Origin: Escherichia phage vB_EcoM_WFH
Strand: one strand, 5' to 3'
DNA: 64,000 nt
Sequence record: NC_048194.1
Shown: piece after piece, positions 56,433-63,553 of the stretch
Layout of the letters: each line of letters starts with the position of its first letter
Position numbering within the stretch: the first letter of the stretch is position 1
Translations under genes and position numbers: made by a program
The notes under the pieces: model-generated
What the model was told of the DNA's origin: nothing
The model's input: only the letters and a program-made list of their open reading frames with translations
Database searches by the model: none

Positions 56433-56689
56433 ACAAGGGTCCGATGACTAAGTTAGCCGTTGCCGCGCGGAAGCTTCGACAAGCCGTTAATGGGTCGCGG
56501 CCCGTGGTGTTAACACTCGACGATGCAAAGGCACTGGTAGAGCTACTCGACGAGCACAACCGACGCAAGAATCTGGAGAACACATTACGCTGGCGCGTTA
56601 CTCCGAAAGGGCGGGAGAGCGAGAAGAAAGCTTACTTGCGACGCAAACTAAGGTCAGTCGGCCTCCACGAAGAGGCGAAGAATATTTAA
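56429..56689 (+). CDS. hypothetical protein (86 aa, basic)
   Basis: GTG start overlapping upstream stop. Confidence 0.35.
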   Translation: MNKGPMTKLAVAARKLRQAVNGSRPVVLTLDDAKALVELLDEHNRRKNLENTLRWRVTPKGRESEKKAYLRRKLRSVGLHEEAKNI

Positions 56690-56691
56690 TT

Positions 56692-56725
56692 CAAAAAGGT
56701 GAGCTAAATGCTTGCCTTTTTATTT
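56692..56725 (+). terminator. intrinsic terminator, copy 2 of duplicated element
   Basis: caaaaaggtgagctaaatgcttgccttttt followed by T-rich tract; near-identical to 55154-55185. Confidence 0.55.
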
Positions 56726-56766
56726 GCCTGTATTATACTTAGTTCATCAAGCAAAGGAGAATGATT

Positions 56767-57069
56767 ATGAGTTACGACGAAAGGTTTGGCAGAAGCGGAT
56801 TATTTCATGACGCTGTACACAAAGACAGCAAAGATGTTGTCTGCGCATTCAAGGTTGATTCTTACGGTACACTGAAACCTTTTAAGGTCGGCGAAACATA
56901 CAAGCTGTTTCACGGCTGGTTGACGCGTCGCAACAACTTGCCTGACATGGAAGTCTGGTGGATAGAATACAAGGGTCAGGCTCATCGTTGCAAGGTTGTA
57001 GAGGTGCGCGGCGTGGAATACTATCAATCTGTTATCAGCGGCTTTGTTTTTAAAGAGGGTGAGCTATGA
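56767..57069 (+). CDS. hypothetical protein (100 aa)
   Basis: Second ATG chosen for RBS spacing (aaaggaga); track start 56761. Confidence 0.4.
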   Translation: MSYDERFGRSGLFHDAVHKDSKDVVCAFKVDSYGTLKPFKVGETYKLFHGWLTRRNNLPDMEVWWIEYKGQAHRCKVVEVRGVEYYQSVISGFVFKEGEL

Positions 57070-57371
57070 GTACAGAAGCGATGAAGAAAAAGATTTTGAA
57101 CGCTTTGCAAGAAGCCGTGAACTGTGGTGCAATTAAAACCTTTACTGAAAGGCAAGTCGGTGAGGTGACGGTGCACGGATTCAATAATAACAAAAACGGA
57201 ATTGCTGCCATAATGCTGTTGAAGAACAGCGATGACACATTCATCCTTTACGTCGGCGGATATGAGCTTATCGTTGATGATTTGTTCATCACTTGCGCTG
57301 ACGGCCTTAACCCAATGTTAACGTTCGAGCGGCGCGGCATCCGTGTTGCAACGTTTGGAGGGAAGTTATGA
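57066..57371 (+). CDS. hypothetical protein (101 aa)
   Basis: ATGA overlap. Confidence 0.4.
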   Translation: MSTEAMKKKILNALQEAVNCGAIKTFTERQVGEVTVHGFNNNKNGIAAIMLLKNSDDTFILYVGGYELIVDDLFITCADGLNPMLTFERRGIRVATFGGKL

Positions 57372-57532
57372 CATCAAATCTTAAAGCCCGTTTATTATTC
57401 ATCAAGCCGCATGTGCCGTATAAGATTAGTAAGCGCACCTGGCTTAACATTTACAACCGCAGCGGCGACCGTTGCTTGTACAAGGCAAAGCGACGAAAGA
57501 AGGTTTATTCTTACACGGCATCCATCAAATAA
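57368..57532 (+). CDS. small basic ORF (54 aa)
   Basis: ATGA overlap; MTSNLKARLLFIKPHVPYKISKRTWLNIYNRSGDRCLYKAKRRKKVYSYTASIK. Confidence 0.3.
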   Translation: MTSNLKARLLFIKPHVPYKISKRTWLNIYNRSGDRCLYKAKRRKKVYSYTASIK

Positions 57533-57550
57533 GATTAGGAGAAGACTAAA

Positions 57551-58054
57551 ATGAAAATTGAACAACTCGAAGCAGTATTGGAAATGGCCGTAAAGGCAGG
57601 CGCAATCAAAAGCTATCGTCGCGAGAAGTCAGACGATGATGCGAACTTTTGCCGCAACTTCTATATCGTCGGCAACCTTAACGACCACTACACCATCGAG
57701 TGGTATATCAATATCATGACACTTAAGTCGCGCACAATGGAGCTTTGGTGCGATGACATCTGCTTATCTAACACCCATCCATCCTACGACGTTGCGTTGG
57801 CATTCTATTACGGAAGCCGTCAACCTGTCGCCCACATCGGAGAGAAGCATGAGCACCTTAAGGCACGACCAGAGGAATCAATGGAAGGCTGGATTGAATG
57901 GGCTGGAGGAAAGAATCCGGTGCCTGGTAAGAAGGTCATGTTGATGTGGAGGAATGAAGAAAAGTCGTCGTATTCGTCCAATTCGGAGGGATGGCTATGG
58001 CACCACAACGGAAGCGTTTATGACATCATCGCTTATCGCGTCGTGGAGGAATAA
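57551..58054 (+). CDS. hypothetical protein with C-terminal GGxNPVPGK module (paralogue 1)
   Basis: 167 aa; C-terminal WIEWAGGKNPVPGKKVMLMWRNEEKSSYSSNSEGWLWHHNGSVYDIIAYRVVEE shared with 58938..59369. Confidence 0.45.
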   Translation: MKIEQLEAVLEMAVKAGAIKSYRREKSDDDANFCRNFYIVGNLNDHYTIEWYINIMTLKSRTMELWCDDICLSNTHPSYDVALAFYYGSRQPVAHIGEKHEHLKARPEESMEGWIEWAGGKNPVPGKKVMLMWRNEEKSSYSSNSEGWLWHHNGSVYDIIAYRVVEE

Positions 58055-58395
58055 TGGAAGAGCAAGAAGGCCGTGAGCTAAAGTTCGACGAGCAAATGAA
58101 AGAGCTTCAGCGCACATCGCCGCTGCGCGGTAAGGTTGTTGACATCGAGGCGAGCGATTCCAATCTCACCCAGTGGCGGCTCAAGTGCACCAGCACAAGC
58201 AAGGACATGTTAAGCTTCAAAGTCGGTCAGACTTATTTGCTTTATGAGGCAAAAGGACTTATTATTGATGGAAGGCAAATTGTCTTCACCGTCGTCAACG
58301 GCATGCGTTGGTTTGTGAAGCGTGATGTCGAGGGTCGTGACATGTTTGTCGCAGGCTTTCCAGAAACAAGATTCGAATTGGAGAAGGTTAAATGA
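58054..58395 (+). CDS. hypothetical protein (113 aa)
   Basis: ATG overlapping upstream stop. Confidence 0.4.
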   Translation: MEEQEGRELKFDEQMKELQRTSPLRGKVVDIEASDSNLTQWRLKCTSTSKDMLSFKVGQTYLLYEAKGLIIDGRQIVFTVVNGMRWFVKRDVEGRDMFVAGFPETRFELEKVK

Positions 58396-58724
58396 AATTG
58401 AAATGGTACGTGGACCCTGAGCCAACAGGCCAATACAGGTCATTCCAACGTCGCGGCTGGCCGACTTGTTACAGCGGCAATCCCGATAAAGAAGATTGCG
58501 AGCTGCTTGCCGCTATCGTAAGCCTCGACCATCACGGCTATGAAGGCCACTACGCGAGAGCGACCAACCTTCGGCTCAAGGTGCGCATCCATTTCAAGGT
58601 CGCAGGCGAGGACCGCACCGGACTCTCCAAGGAAGAGTTCAGCAGCATTGCCGACGCAAAGGCATGGCTCAAGGCATTCTATAAGAACAACCCTAAATTC
58701 TATCCAACTAAGGATGCATCATGA
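58392..58724 (+). CDS. hypothetical protein (110 aa)
   Basis: ATGA overlap. Confidence 0.4.
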   Translation: MKLKWYVDPEPTGQYRSFQRRGWPTCYSGNPDKEDCELLAAIVSLDHHGYEGHYARATNLRLKVRIHFKVAGEDRTGLSKEEFSSIADAKAWLKAFYKNNPKFYPTKDAS

Positions 58725-58954
58725 CTGATAAACAATACGCAGTCGGACAACGTGACATCGAGCAACTCGACGAAGGCGGCTATTATACGCGCCACATCCA
58801 TGCCATGACGCATGAAGGACTTTACAGCAAGTCAGACATCGCCGCTGAACTGGCCCACCGTGACTTGCAAATTGACATGTTGCATCTTGCTCTTGAGAAG
58901 CAAACGCAAATCGCTATTGAAATTTTGGAGAAGTTAAATGATACAACGTTATGA
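58721..58954 (+). CDS. hypothetical protein (77 aa)
   Basis: ATGA overlap. Confidence 0.4.
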   Translation: MTDKQYAVGQRDIEQLDEGGYYTRHIHAMTHEGLYSKSDIAAELAHRDLQIDMLHLALEKQTQIAIEILEKLNDTTL

Positions 58955-59369
58955 TTTGACATACGATGTGGCGACAGAAGATTTCGACATCACTCCTGTT
59001 CCAGAAAGTCACGAAGGACGTTTTGTTGCATATGAGGACTACGCCGCGCTGGAAGCGAAATATAGTGAAGCGCAACGCGAGTTGGTTGCATTACGCTCAC
59101 AGGTCCGTGATGCGTCTGCGCTCGTTAAGCAGTTGCATGACGTCGTTGCTACTATAGGCGTGGATGCTGATGCGCCGAAGGAGGAAGCGTGGACCGTGTG
59201 GCATGGTGGAGAGAATCCGGTGCCTGGTAAGATGGTGGTGTTTGAATTGCGTTTCGGATATAAATCTAAATCGCCTGCTCTTTCAGATGATTTGAGATGG
59301 AAACGTAAGATGATTGATTGCCCTTCTGCATCAGACATCATAAAGTATCGCGTTGTTAAGGAGGGGTGA
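58938..59369 (+). CDS. hypothetical protein with C-terminal GGxNPVPGK module (paralogue 2)
   Basis: 143 aa; C-terminal WTVWHGGENPVPGKMVVFELRFGYKSKSPALSDDLRWKRKMIDCPSASDIIKYRVVKEG. Confidence 0.45.
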   Translation: MIQRYDLTYDVATEDFDITPVPESHEGRFVAYEDYAALEAKYSEAQRELVALRSQVRDASALVKQLHDVVATIGVDADAPKEEAWTVWHGGENPVPGKMVVFELRFGYKSKSPALSDDLRWKRKMIDCPSASDIIKYRVVKEG

Positions 59370-59818
59370 TGGGTAAACGCCTTATCGCCGCTGGTTGGGC
59401 CATACCGAAGTGGGGTCATCGTGCGCATTACTTTGACGAAGGAGAAGTGCAAAGCCTTTGTGGTCGCGCAACGTATTTCGGTGATGAGCGCGTCAGCGGT
59501 GATTATATCGACTCGCTTTTAGGTAAAGGTGATTGCAAGAAGTGTCAGAATATATTAAGAGATATTCTTACGCAAAAAGGATTGCTTGAGCTTGATGAAT
59601 CGGAAGAAGTAATTGAACTTAAGCTGGAAGCAAATTACCTTATTTATACGTTCAAGAACTATTACGCAACTAATATGCGCTCAAAAATGAGCGAGGAAGT
59701 AATAGAAAATGTGTTCACCTACAATCCGCTAAGGATGAATAAAACCAAATTGAAGAAGTTTAATATAATGTTAAGGAAAGAATTTAAAAGGCTAGGAGTG
59801 AAGAATTTTATATTTTAA
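59369..59818 (+). CDS. hypothetical protein with CxxC...CxxC pairs and Lys-rich C-terminus
   Basis: ATG at 59369 with RBS aggaggggtg (track GTG 59366); ...SLCGRATYF...GDCKKCQNIL...; last gene before strong terminator. Confidence 0.4.
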   Translation: MGKRLIAAGWAIPKWGHRAHYFDEGEVQSLCGRATYFGDERVSGDYIDSLLGKGDCKKCQNILRDILTQKGLLELDESEEVIELKLEANYLIYTFKNYYATNMRSKMSEEVIENVFTYNPLRMNKTKLKKFNIMLRKEFKRLGVKNFIF

Positions 59819-59834
59819 TAGTGATTAATGTTAA

Positions 59835-59859
59835 GAGGGCCGATTGGCCCTTTTTGTTT
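59835..59859 (+). terminator. intrinsic terminator (AGGGCC-GATT-GGCCCT + TTTTTGTTTG)
   Basis: GC-rich hairpin followed by U-tract, ends the long plus-strand small-gene array. Confidence 0.7.
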
Positions 59860-60115
59860 GTCCATGTGGTGTGAGTCTTTATTATCGGATAAAGCGATTG
59901 ATTTGTGTAAATCTATTAGAGGATTGTGGGAAGTGAGTATTGTGACGTGAATTTTGTGCCTTGGATATGTGTGCGAATTTGGAAGAATATTGTACTGTGG
60001 TGTTGTGGGATTGGAGAGGGAATCACTAGGTTTTGGGGCGTGTACCGTGGTGTGTGGGCCTGTAGGCTGCGCCGTCTCTGGGATTGCCGCTTGAAATTAA
60101 AAAGGAGATATAGTT
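59860..60115 (+). other. strand-asymmetric G+T-rich non-coding tract
   Basis: About 250 bp dominated by GTG/TGG/GGG runs on plus strand (C-rich, G-poor on minus strand); the only ORF is a Cys/Trp-rich artefact. Confidence 0.5.
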
Positions 60116-60143
60116 AGCTGGCTAACCTTACGCATAGAATTTA

Positions 60144-60440
60144 AGCGTATAATGACGTAAGATTTGGACCTATCCGTAGTTCACTCCACACACTTCTATG
60201 GTGCGCCGCGACTGGGTTCAGTGGTACATCTTACGGATGATACGGATGATACGCGTCGCCGCTATACTTTATACAACTTTGAAAAAAACAATTAACTCCA
60301 TTTTGAATTAATTTAAATTAATTTTTTTCTACATCCTCATACTTATACTAAACTTATATTTATACGTATTATCCGTAAGATATAAGTAAAAACAAAGACT
60401 TGCGGCAATACGGATGATACGTCATGATACGCTTCAACCA
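60144..60440. repeat. iteron module copy B (homologous to 8757-9040)
   Basis: gcgtataatgacgta...; tcttacggatgatacggatgatacgcgtcgccgctatactttata (45-bp core, 2 mismatches vs copy A); AT-rich spacer; ttatccgtaag and caatacggatgatacgtcatgatacgc. Confidence 0.7.
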
Positions 60441-60578
60441 GCCAGCAGCGGCTAAGTCATTGATTTGCATAACAAGCGGCGAAAGGGATGGATTTCTTTT
60501 ATGCGTATCAAACAGTACACCACGCACCACGGTCCGATATTCATTCAGCACTATGATTTATGTACTTTTACAGCCAAT

Positions 60579-60605
60579 TTGAACATCAATCTGCACTTGA
60601 ATATA
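60579..60605 (+). promoter_or_regulatory. promoter-like element (TTGAAC ... TGnAATAAT) upstream of TerS-like gene
   Basis: -35-like TTGAAC and extended -10-like TGAATAAT about 50 bp upstream of ATG 60658, followed by two tandem ATTTGCACTATG repeats. Confidence 0.35.
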
Positions 60606-60657
60606 ATGTTCAATCATTGTATAATTCACACTATTAATTTGCACTATGGGATTTGCA

Positions 60658-61133
60658 CTATGAGTCAAGATTATGTAGCAATGCCTGAAGACTTTGAAGA
60701 CCCGCGATTTGCAGAGCATAATCAGGCATTATTCGATGAGTTCATTGACCTTGTTATTCAGGGCCATGACATGCGCGCAGCTTTTGCACTAGTATTTGGC
60801 ATGGAGGTTGCGACCGATAACTACACTGGCCAGCGAATCCTGTGCACTCAGCGCAACCCGTACTACAAGATGCGCTACAAAAAGCGCATGGAAGAAATGC
60901 CATTGAAGGAATTGTGGAGCGTAAAAAGTTCCATCCACAATTTAGTGAAGCTTGTGCGTGATCCAGAAGTCGCGGCGTCAGCCAAGCTTAATGCCATTCG
61001 TGAACTGAATATCATCTACGGCATCACGATGATTGATGAAAATGGCAATAGTAAAATGGGCCGTTCCATGGACGATTTCTACAAGGATTTTGGAGAGGCA
61101 GCCAAAGAGGGTGAGCAATTCTCCCGCCACTAG
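60658..61133 (+). CDS. terminase small subunit-like DNA-binding protein (tentative)
   Basis: ATG at 60658 (track ORF 60465 starts upstream in AT-rich non-coding DNA); 158 aa; ...NQALFDEFIDLVIQGHDMRAAFALVFG...RILCTQRNPYYKMRYKK... resembles TerS N-terminal HTH pattern; start codon overlaps a repeat copy. Confidence 0.3.
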
Positions 61134-61150
61134 CCAATTTGCACTATAAA

Positions 61151-61188
61151 ACGGCCCTAGAACACATTTTCTCCACTTCTAGGGCCGT
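61151..61188 (+). terminator. stem-loop (ACGGCCCTAGAA-n14-TTCTAGGGCCGT) downstream of TerS-like gene
   Basis: 12-bp stem; no strong U-tract. Confidence 0.45.
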
Positions 61189-61561
61189 TGGTAATACGAC
61201 GGGGAAGGCTGCAACCATGAACGCGTTAGAAAGTGTATTATTATAAGTCATCTTTTAGTCACTTTACGTAACAATTTACGACCTTCCGCCGTCCAGTCGA
61301 ACGACTCCACCAGCAGATTTGCACTATAACCTAAGACGATGCGCCCCTTCTCGTTATCGACCCGCCAACAAGTCTCGAATAGCATTCGATTTGCACTATT
61401 AACTATCGCCGCAACGCGCGTTGGGTAAGCGCAATTTGCACTATGGTCGTAAAGGGATAAGGTGCGACCACTGCCGATGGACAACGTAGCGATGAGAATA
61501 AGCGTATTCATAAGCCACCAATTTGCACTATGAAAAGCGACCCCGAAGGGCCGCCATTCGA

Positions 61562-62188
61562 TTAGATAATCTGGAAGGTGTAGGACTTGTTGCCGAACTC
61601 GAAGTTCAAGCGCCCAGCTTCCTTAAGCTTCATGCGGAAGCGAATATGTTTGCTATCCGGTAAGCCCAGCGCGGCGAACGCTACGCGGACCGATTTGAAC
61701 TCGCCTACACCCTCGACCATAACGGCGTTACGGGTGAGACGCTTTTGCGCCACTTCCTTGTTATCCCAACTTTTTGCAATACCTTCGCTATTAGAACGGC
61801 GATGGGAAGGAGTTCCATTTTGCACTACGCAATTTGCACTATCGTTTAGGCCGCTCTTAACGAAGGCTTCATACTCTTCGTCGGTCATCGCGTCGAGTTC
61901 TTCCTGAGTCGGCTCGGCCTTTTTAACGACCGCACGCGCCTTATGCGTTTTTACATCGCTGGACACTTCCTCGCGCGGCTTCGCGTCGGGGATGGGCAAT
62001 TCGTTGGACGGCTCATCGAGCGCGTTTAAGGACTCGATTAACGCGATGACGCGAGTCTCAGCGGTGCGACGGTCCACAAACTTCTTAATCGGTTTTGAGC
62101 CGGAGTTGGCATTATAGAATGCAACGAGGTCGGCGGTCTTAGTTGCGATAACGTCGCCGCTAGTAGAAAAGCGATTTAAGCTAACCAT
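61562..62188 (-). CDS. hypothetical protein (208 aa)
   Basis: Track ORF in CpG-rich block; contains two ATTTGCACTAT-type motifs within its coding sequence (61817-61842); no recognised domain. Confidence 0.4.
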   Translation of the reverse strand: MVSLNRFSTSGDVIATKTADLVAFYNANSGSKPIKKFVDRRTAETRVIALIESLNALDEPSNELPIPDAKPREEVSSDVKTHKARAVVKKAEPTQEELDAMTDEEYEAFVKSGLNDSANCVVQNGTPSHRRSNSEGIAKSWDNKEVAQKRLTRNAVMVEGVGEFKSVRVAFAALGLPDSKHIRFRMKLKEAGRLNFEFGNKSYTFQII

Positions 62189-62268
62189 AATAAACTCCTA
62201 TTTGTTAGGGCGCTAGGCGCGAAAGAATTTTATTAAAGCGCCGCGCACGACGCTCTAAAAATCCTCTC

Positions 62269-62583
62269 TTACTCTTCGTCGTCTTCGATTAATTCGAAGG
62301 CGAAGGCATAAGCTTTGCTATCGTAATTAACTAAAACGGCGAGTTCGAACTCGTTAATAAACGCCGTTTTACCGCATAAATTTAATTCCGCATCGACTTC
62401 GAAGAATCCGTTTTCGTCGCGCTCTAAGCGAGAAGCAGCGAGTTGCTCGATTACCGTCGCGTCGTTAATTTCTTCGCCTAAGCGAACGCCGGAGAATTTC
62501 GCGAGAATTTCGCCGTAAGTAAGCGTAACACCCTGGACTTCGGCGGTTGCGTTTTCGAGGGTGAAGCGGGTAACGATAGCCAT
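62269..62583 (-). CDS. small acidic protein, paralogue C (104 aa)
   Basis: RBS aggag; very acidic (ends ...FELIEDDEE); similar size and charge to 62808..63110 and 63217..63507; driven by minus-strand copy of shared promoter module. Confidence 0.45.
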   Translation of the reverse strand: MAIVTRFTLENATAEVQGVTLTYGEILAKFSGVRLGEEINDATVIEQLAASRLERDENGFFEVDAELNLCGKTAFINEFELAVLVNYDSKAYAFAFELIEDDEE

Positions 62584-62651
62584 TTTAAACTCCTAGTTGG
62601 GAGAGGCGTTAACGACCTATTCGTTAACTCATCCCGTCCCGATATGAGTAC

Positions 62652-62679
62652 ATTATAATATAGTGTAGAAAAAAGTAAA
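62652..62679 (-). promoter_or_regulatory. sigma70-like promoter, minus-strand copy of shared module (TTTACT-16-TATAAT)
   Basis: Reverse complement of 62634-62686 reads AAAGTGCTTTACT...TTATAAT...ATATCGGGACGGG, matching the two plus-strand copies. Confidence 0.45.
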
Positions 62680-62723
62680 GCACTTTTTCGATAAAAATGC
62701 GATAAATTATTTTATCTTTTTTC

Positions 62724-62751
62724 TTTACTTCTTCGTACACTCGCGTATACT
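62724..62751 (+). promoter_or_regulatory. sigma70-like promoter, plus-strand copy 1 (TTTACT-16-TATACT)
   Basis: CTTTACTTCTTCGTACACT core shared with 63121-63149; followed by ATATCGAGACGGG. Confidence 0.45.
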
Positions 62752-62807
62752 TGTTTATATCGAGACGGGCGATGGCCCTTTCTTCTACTAGCATCGGGAG
62801 CTTTATT

Positions 62808-63110
62808 ATGACTACTTTAATCTCTTCCATCCTTACTTACGACGAAGACCGCTTAACCGTTCGCTCTCTTATCGCCGCCGTTAACGCGGAACTAGAATCT
62901 AGCGCCATCAAGGTCCGTGCCGTTGCCTTCGTCGGCCTTTCCTTCGACGATATTAAGTATGCAGAGTATAGCGCCATTCGCGTTGTTACTACCGACGATA
63001 ACGCCGTTACCCTTATCGAGACGGTTACGCCGCGCGGCGAAGCGTTAATTATCGTCGAGTATATCGACGTAGAAGGCGATAAAGCTTATAAATATTTTAT
63101 CGCAGAATAA
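62808..63110 (+). CDS. small acidic protein, paralogue A (100 aa)
   Basis: ATG at 62808 with RBS gggag (track start 62751 upstream); MTTLISSILTYDEDRLTVRSL... Confidence 0.45.
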   Translation: MTTLISSILTYDEDRLTVRSLIAAVNAELESSAIKVRAVAFVGLSFDDIKYAEYSAIRVVTTDDNAVTLIETVTPRGEALIIVEYIDVEGDKAYKYFIAE

Positions 63111-63120
63111 CGAAAAGTGC

Positions 63121-63149
63121 TTTACTTCTTCGTACACTAAGACTATAAT
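63121..63149 (+). promoter_or_regulatory. sigma70-like promoter, plus-strand copy 2 (TTTACT-17-TATAAT)
   Basis: AAAGTGCTTTACTTCTTCGTACACT...TATAAT...ATATCGAGAGGGG. Confidence 0.5.
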
Positions 63150-63216
63150 GTTTTATATCGAGAGGGGATGAGGTAGCGAATAGGTCGCTACCCTCCCGAC
63201 TAACTAGGAGAATATT

Positions 63217-63507
63217 ATGATTACTTTAGCCGCTATCCGTTCCGCTCGCGTCGAAACTTCCGAAAACTCTAACGTATTTGGCGAAAAACTTAAAAACGTT
63301 TATCTCTTTAACGTAGATGCGACTATCGAAGAGCTTCATAGTCCTATCGATTTTAGCGAATTTACGGAACTCGAAGAGGAAGATATTACTACCTTCCGCG
63401 TTACTATCGAAGGTAAGGTTTATTTTGCTACGGAGTTCGGCGGCGAATATCTCGCGGTATCCGAAGGCGAAGGCCGTTACTCTTTCTTTAAAATCGTCTC
63501 CTTATAA
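63217..63507 (+). CDS. small acidic protein, paralogue B (96 aa)
   Basis: ATG with RBS aggag; MITLAAIRSARVETSENSNVFGEKLKNVYLFNVDATIEELHSPIDFSEFTELEEEDITTF... Confidence 0.45.
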   Translation: MITLAAIRSARVETSENSNVFGEKLKNVYLFNVDATIEELHSPIDFSEFTELEEEDITTFRVTIEGKVYFATEFGGEYLAVSEGEGRYSFFKIVSL

Positions 63508-63527
63508 TACCCTTCCGTTACTAATAG

Positions 63528-63553
63528 GCCGCGCTTAGTCGCGGCTTTTCTTC
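63528..63553 (+). terminator. intrinsic terminator (GCCGCG-CTTAGT-CGCGGC + TTTTCTTCG)
   Basis: GC stem plus U-tract directly after paralogue B. Confidence 0.6.

Larger units (their letters stand above)
60636..61842 (+). repeat. cluster of nine direct copies of 11-bp motif ATTTGCACTAT
   Basis: Copies start at 60636, 60650, 61137, 61317, 61389, 61434, 61521, 61817 (variant ATTTTGCACTAC) and 61832; all same orientation; two tandem pairs with 14-bp spacing. Confidence 0.75.

Noticed and set aside
59926-60117. Track ORF encoding a Cys/Trp-rich 63-aa peptide
   Set aside because: Lies entirely in the G+T-rich tract; amino-acid composition is a direct artefact of nucleotide bias and there is no RBS.
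8757-60440. Large duplication or concatemer junction implied by two homologous regions 51 kb apart
   Set aside because: Similarity is limited to the roughly 250-bp regulatory module; flanking genes are unrelated.
61192-61200. TAATACGAC, identical to the first 9 nt of the T7 RNA polymerase promoter
   Set aside because: Match does not extend into the CACTATAG core; no single-subunit RNAP gene in the window; treated as coincidence.
61248-61511. Track ORF (87 aa, minus strand) in the repeat tract
   Set aside because: Contains three copies of the ATTTGCACTAT motif and has no RBS; more likely non-coding.
60636-61842. Possible CRISPR array suggested by repeated short motif
   Set aside because: Repeat unit is only 11 bp, spacing is irregular (14 to 487 bp), copies lie inside genes, and no cas genes are present.
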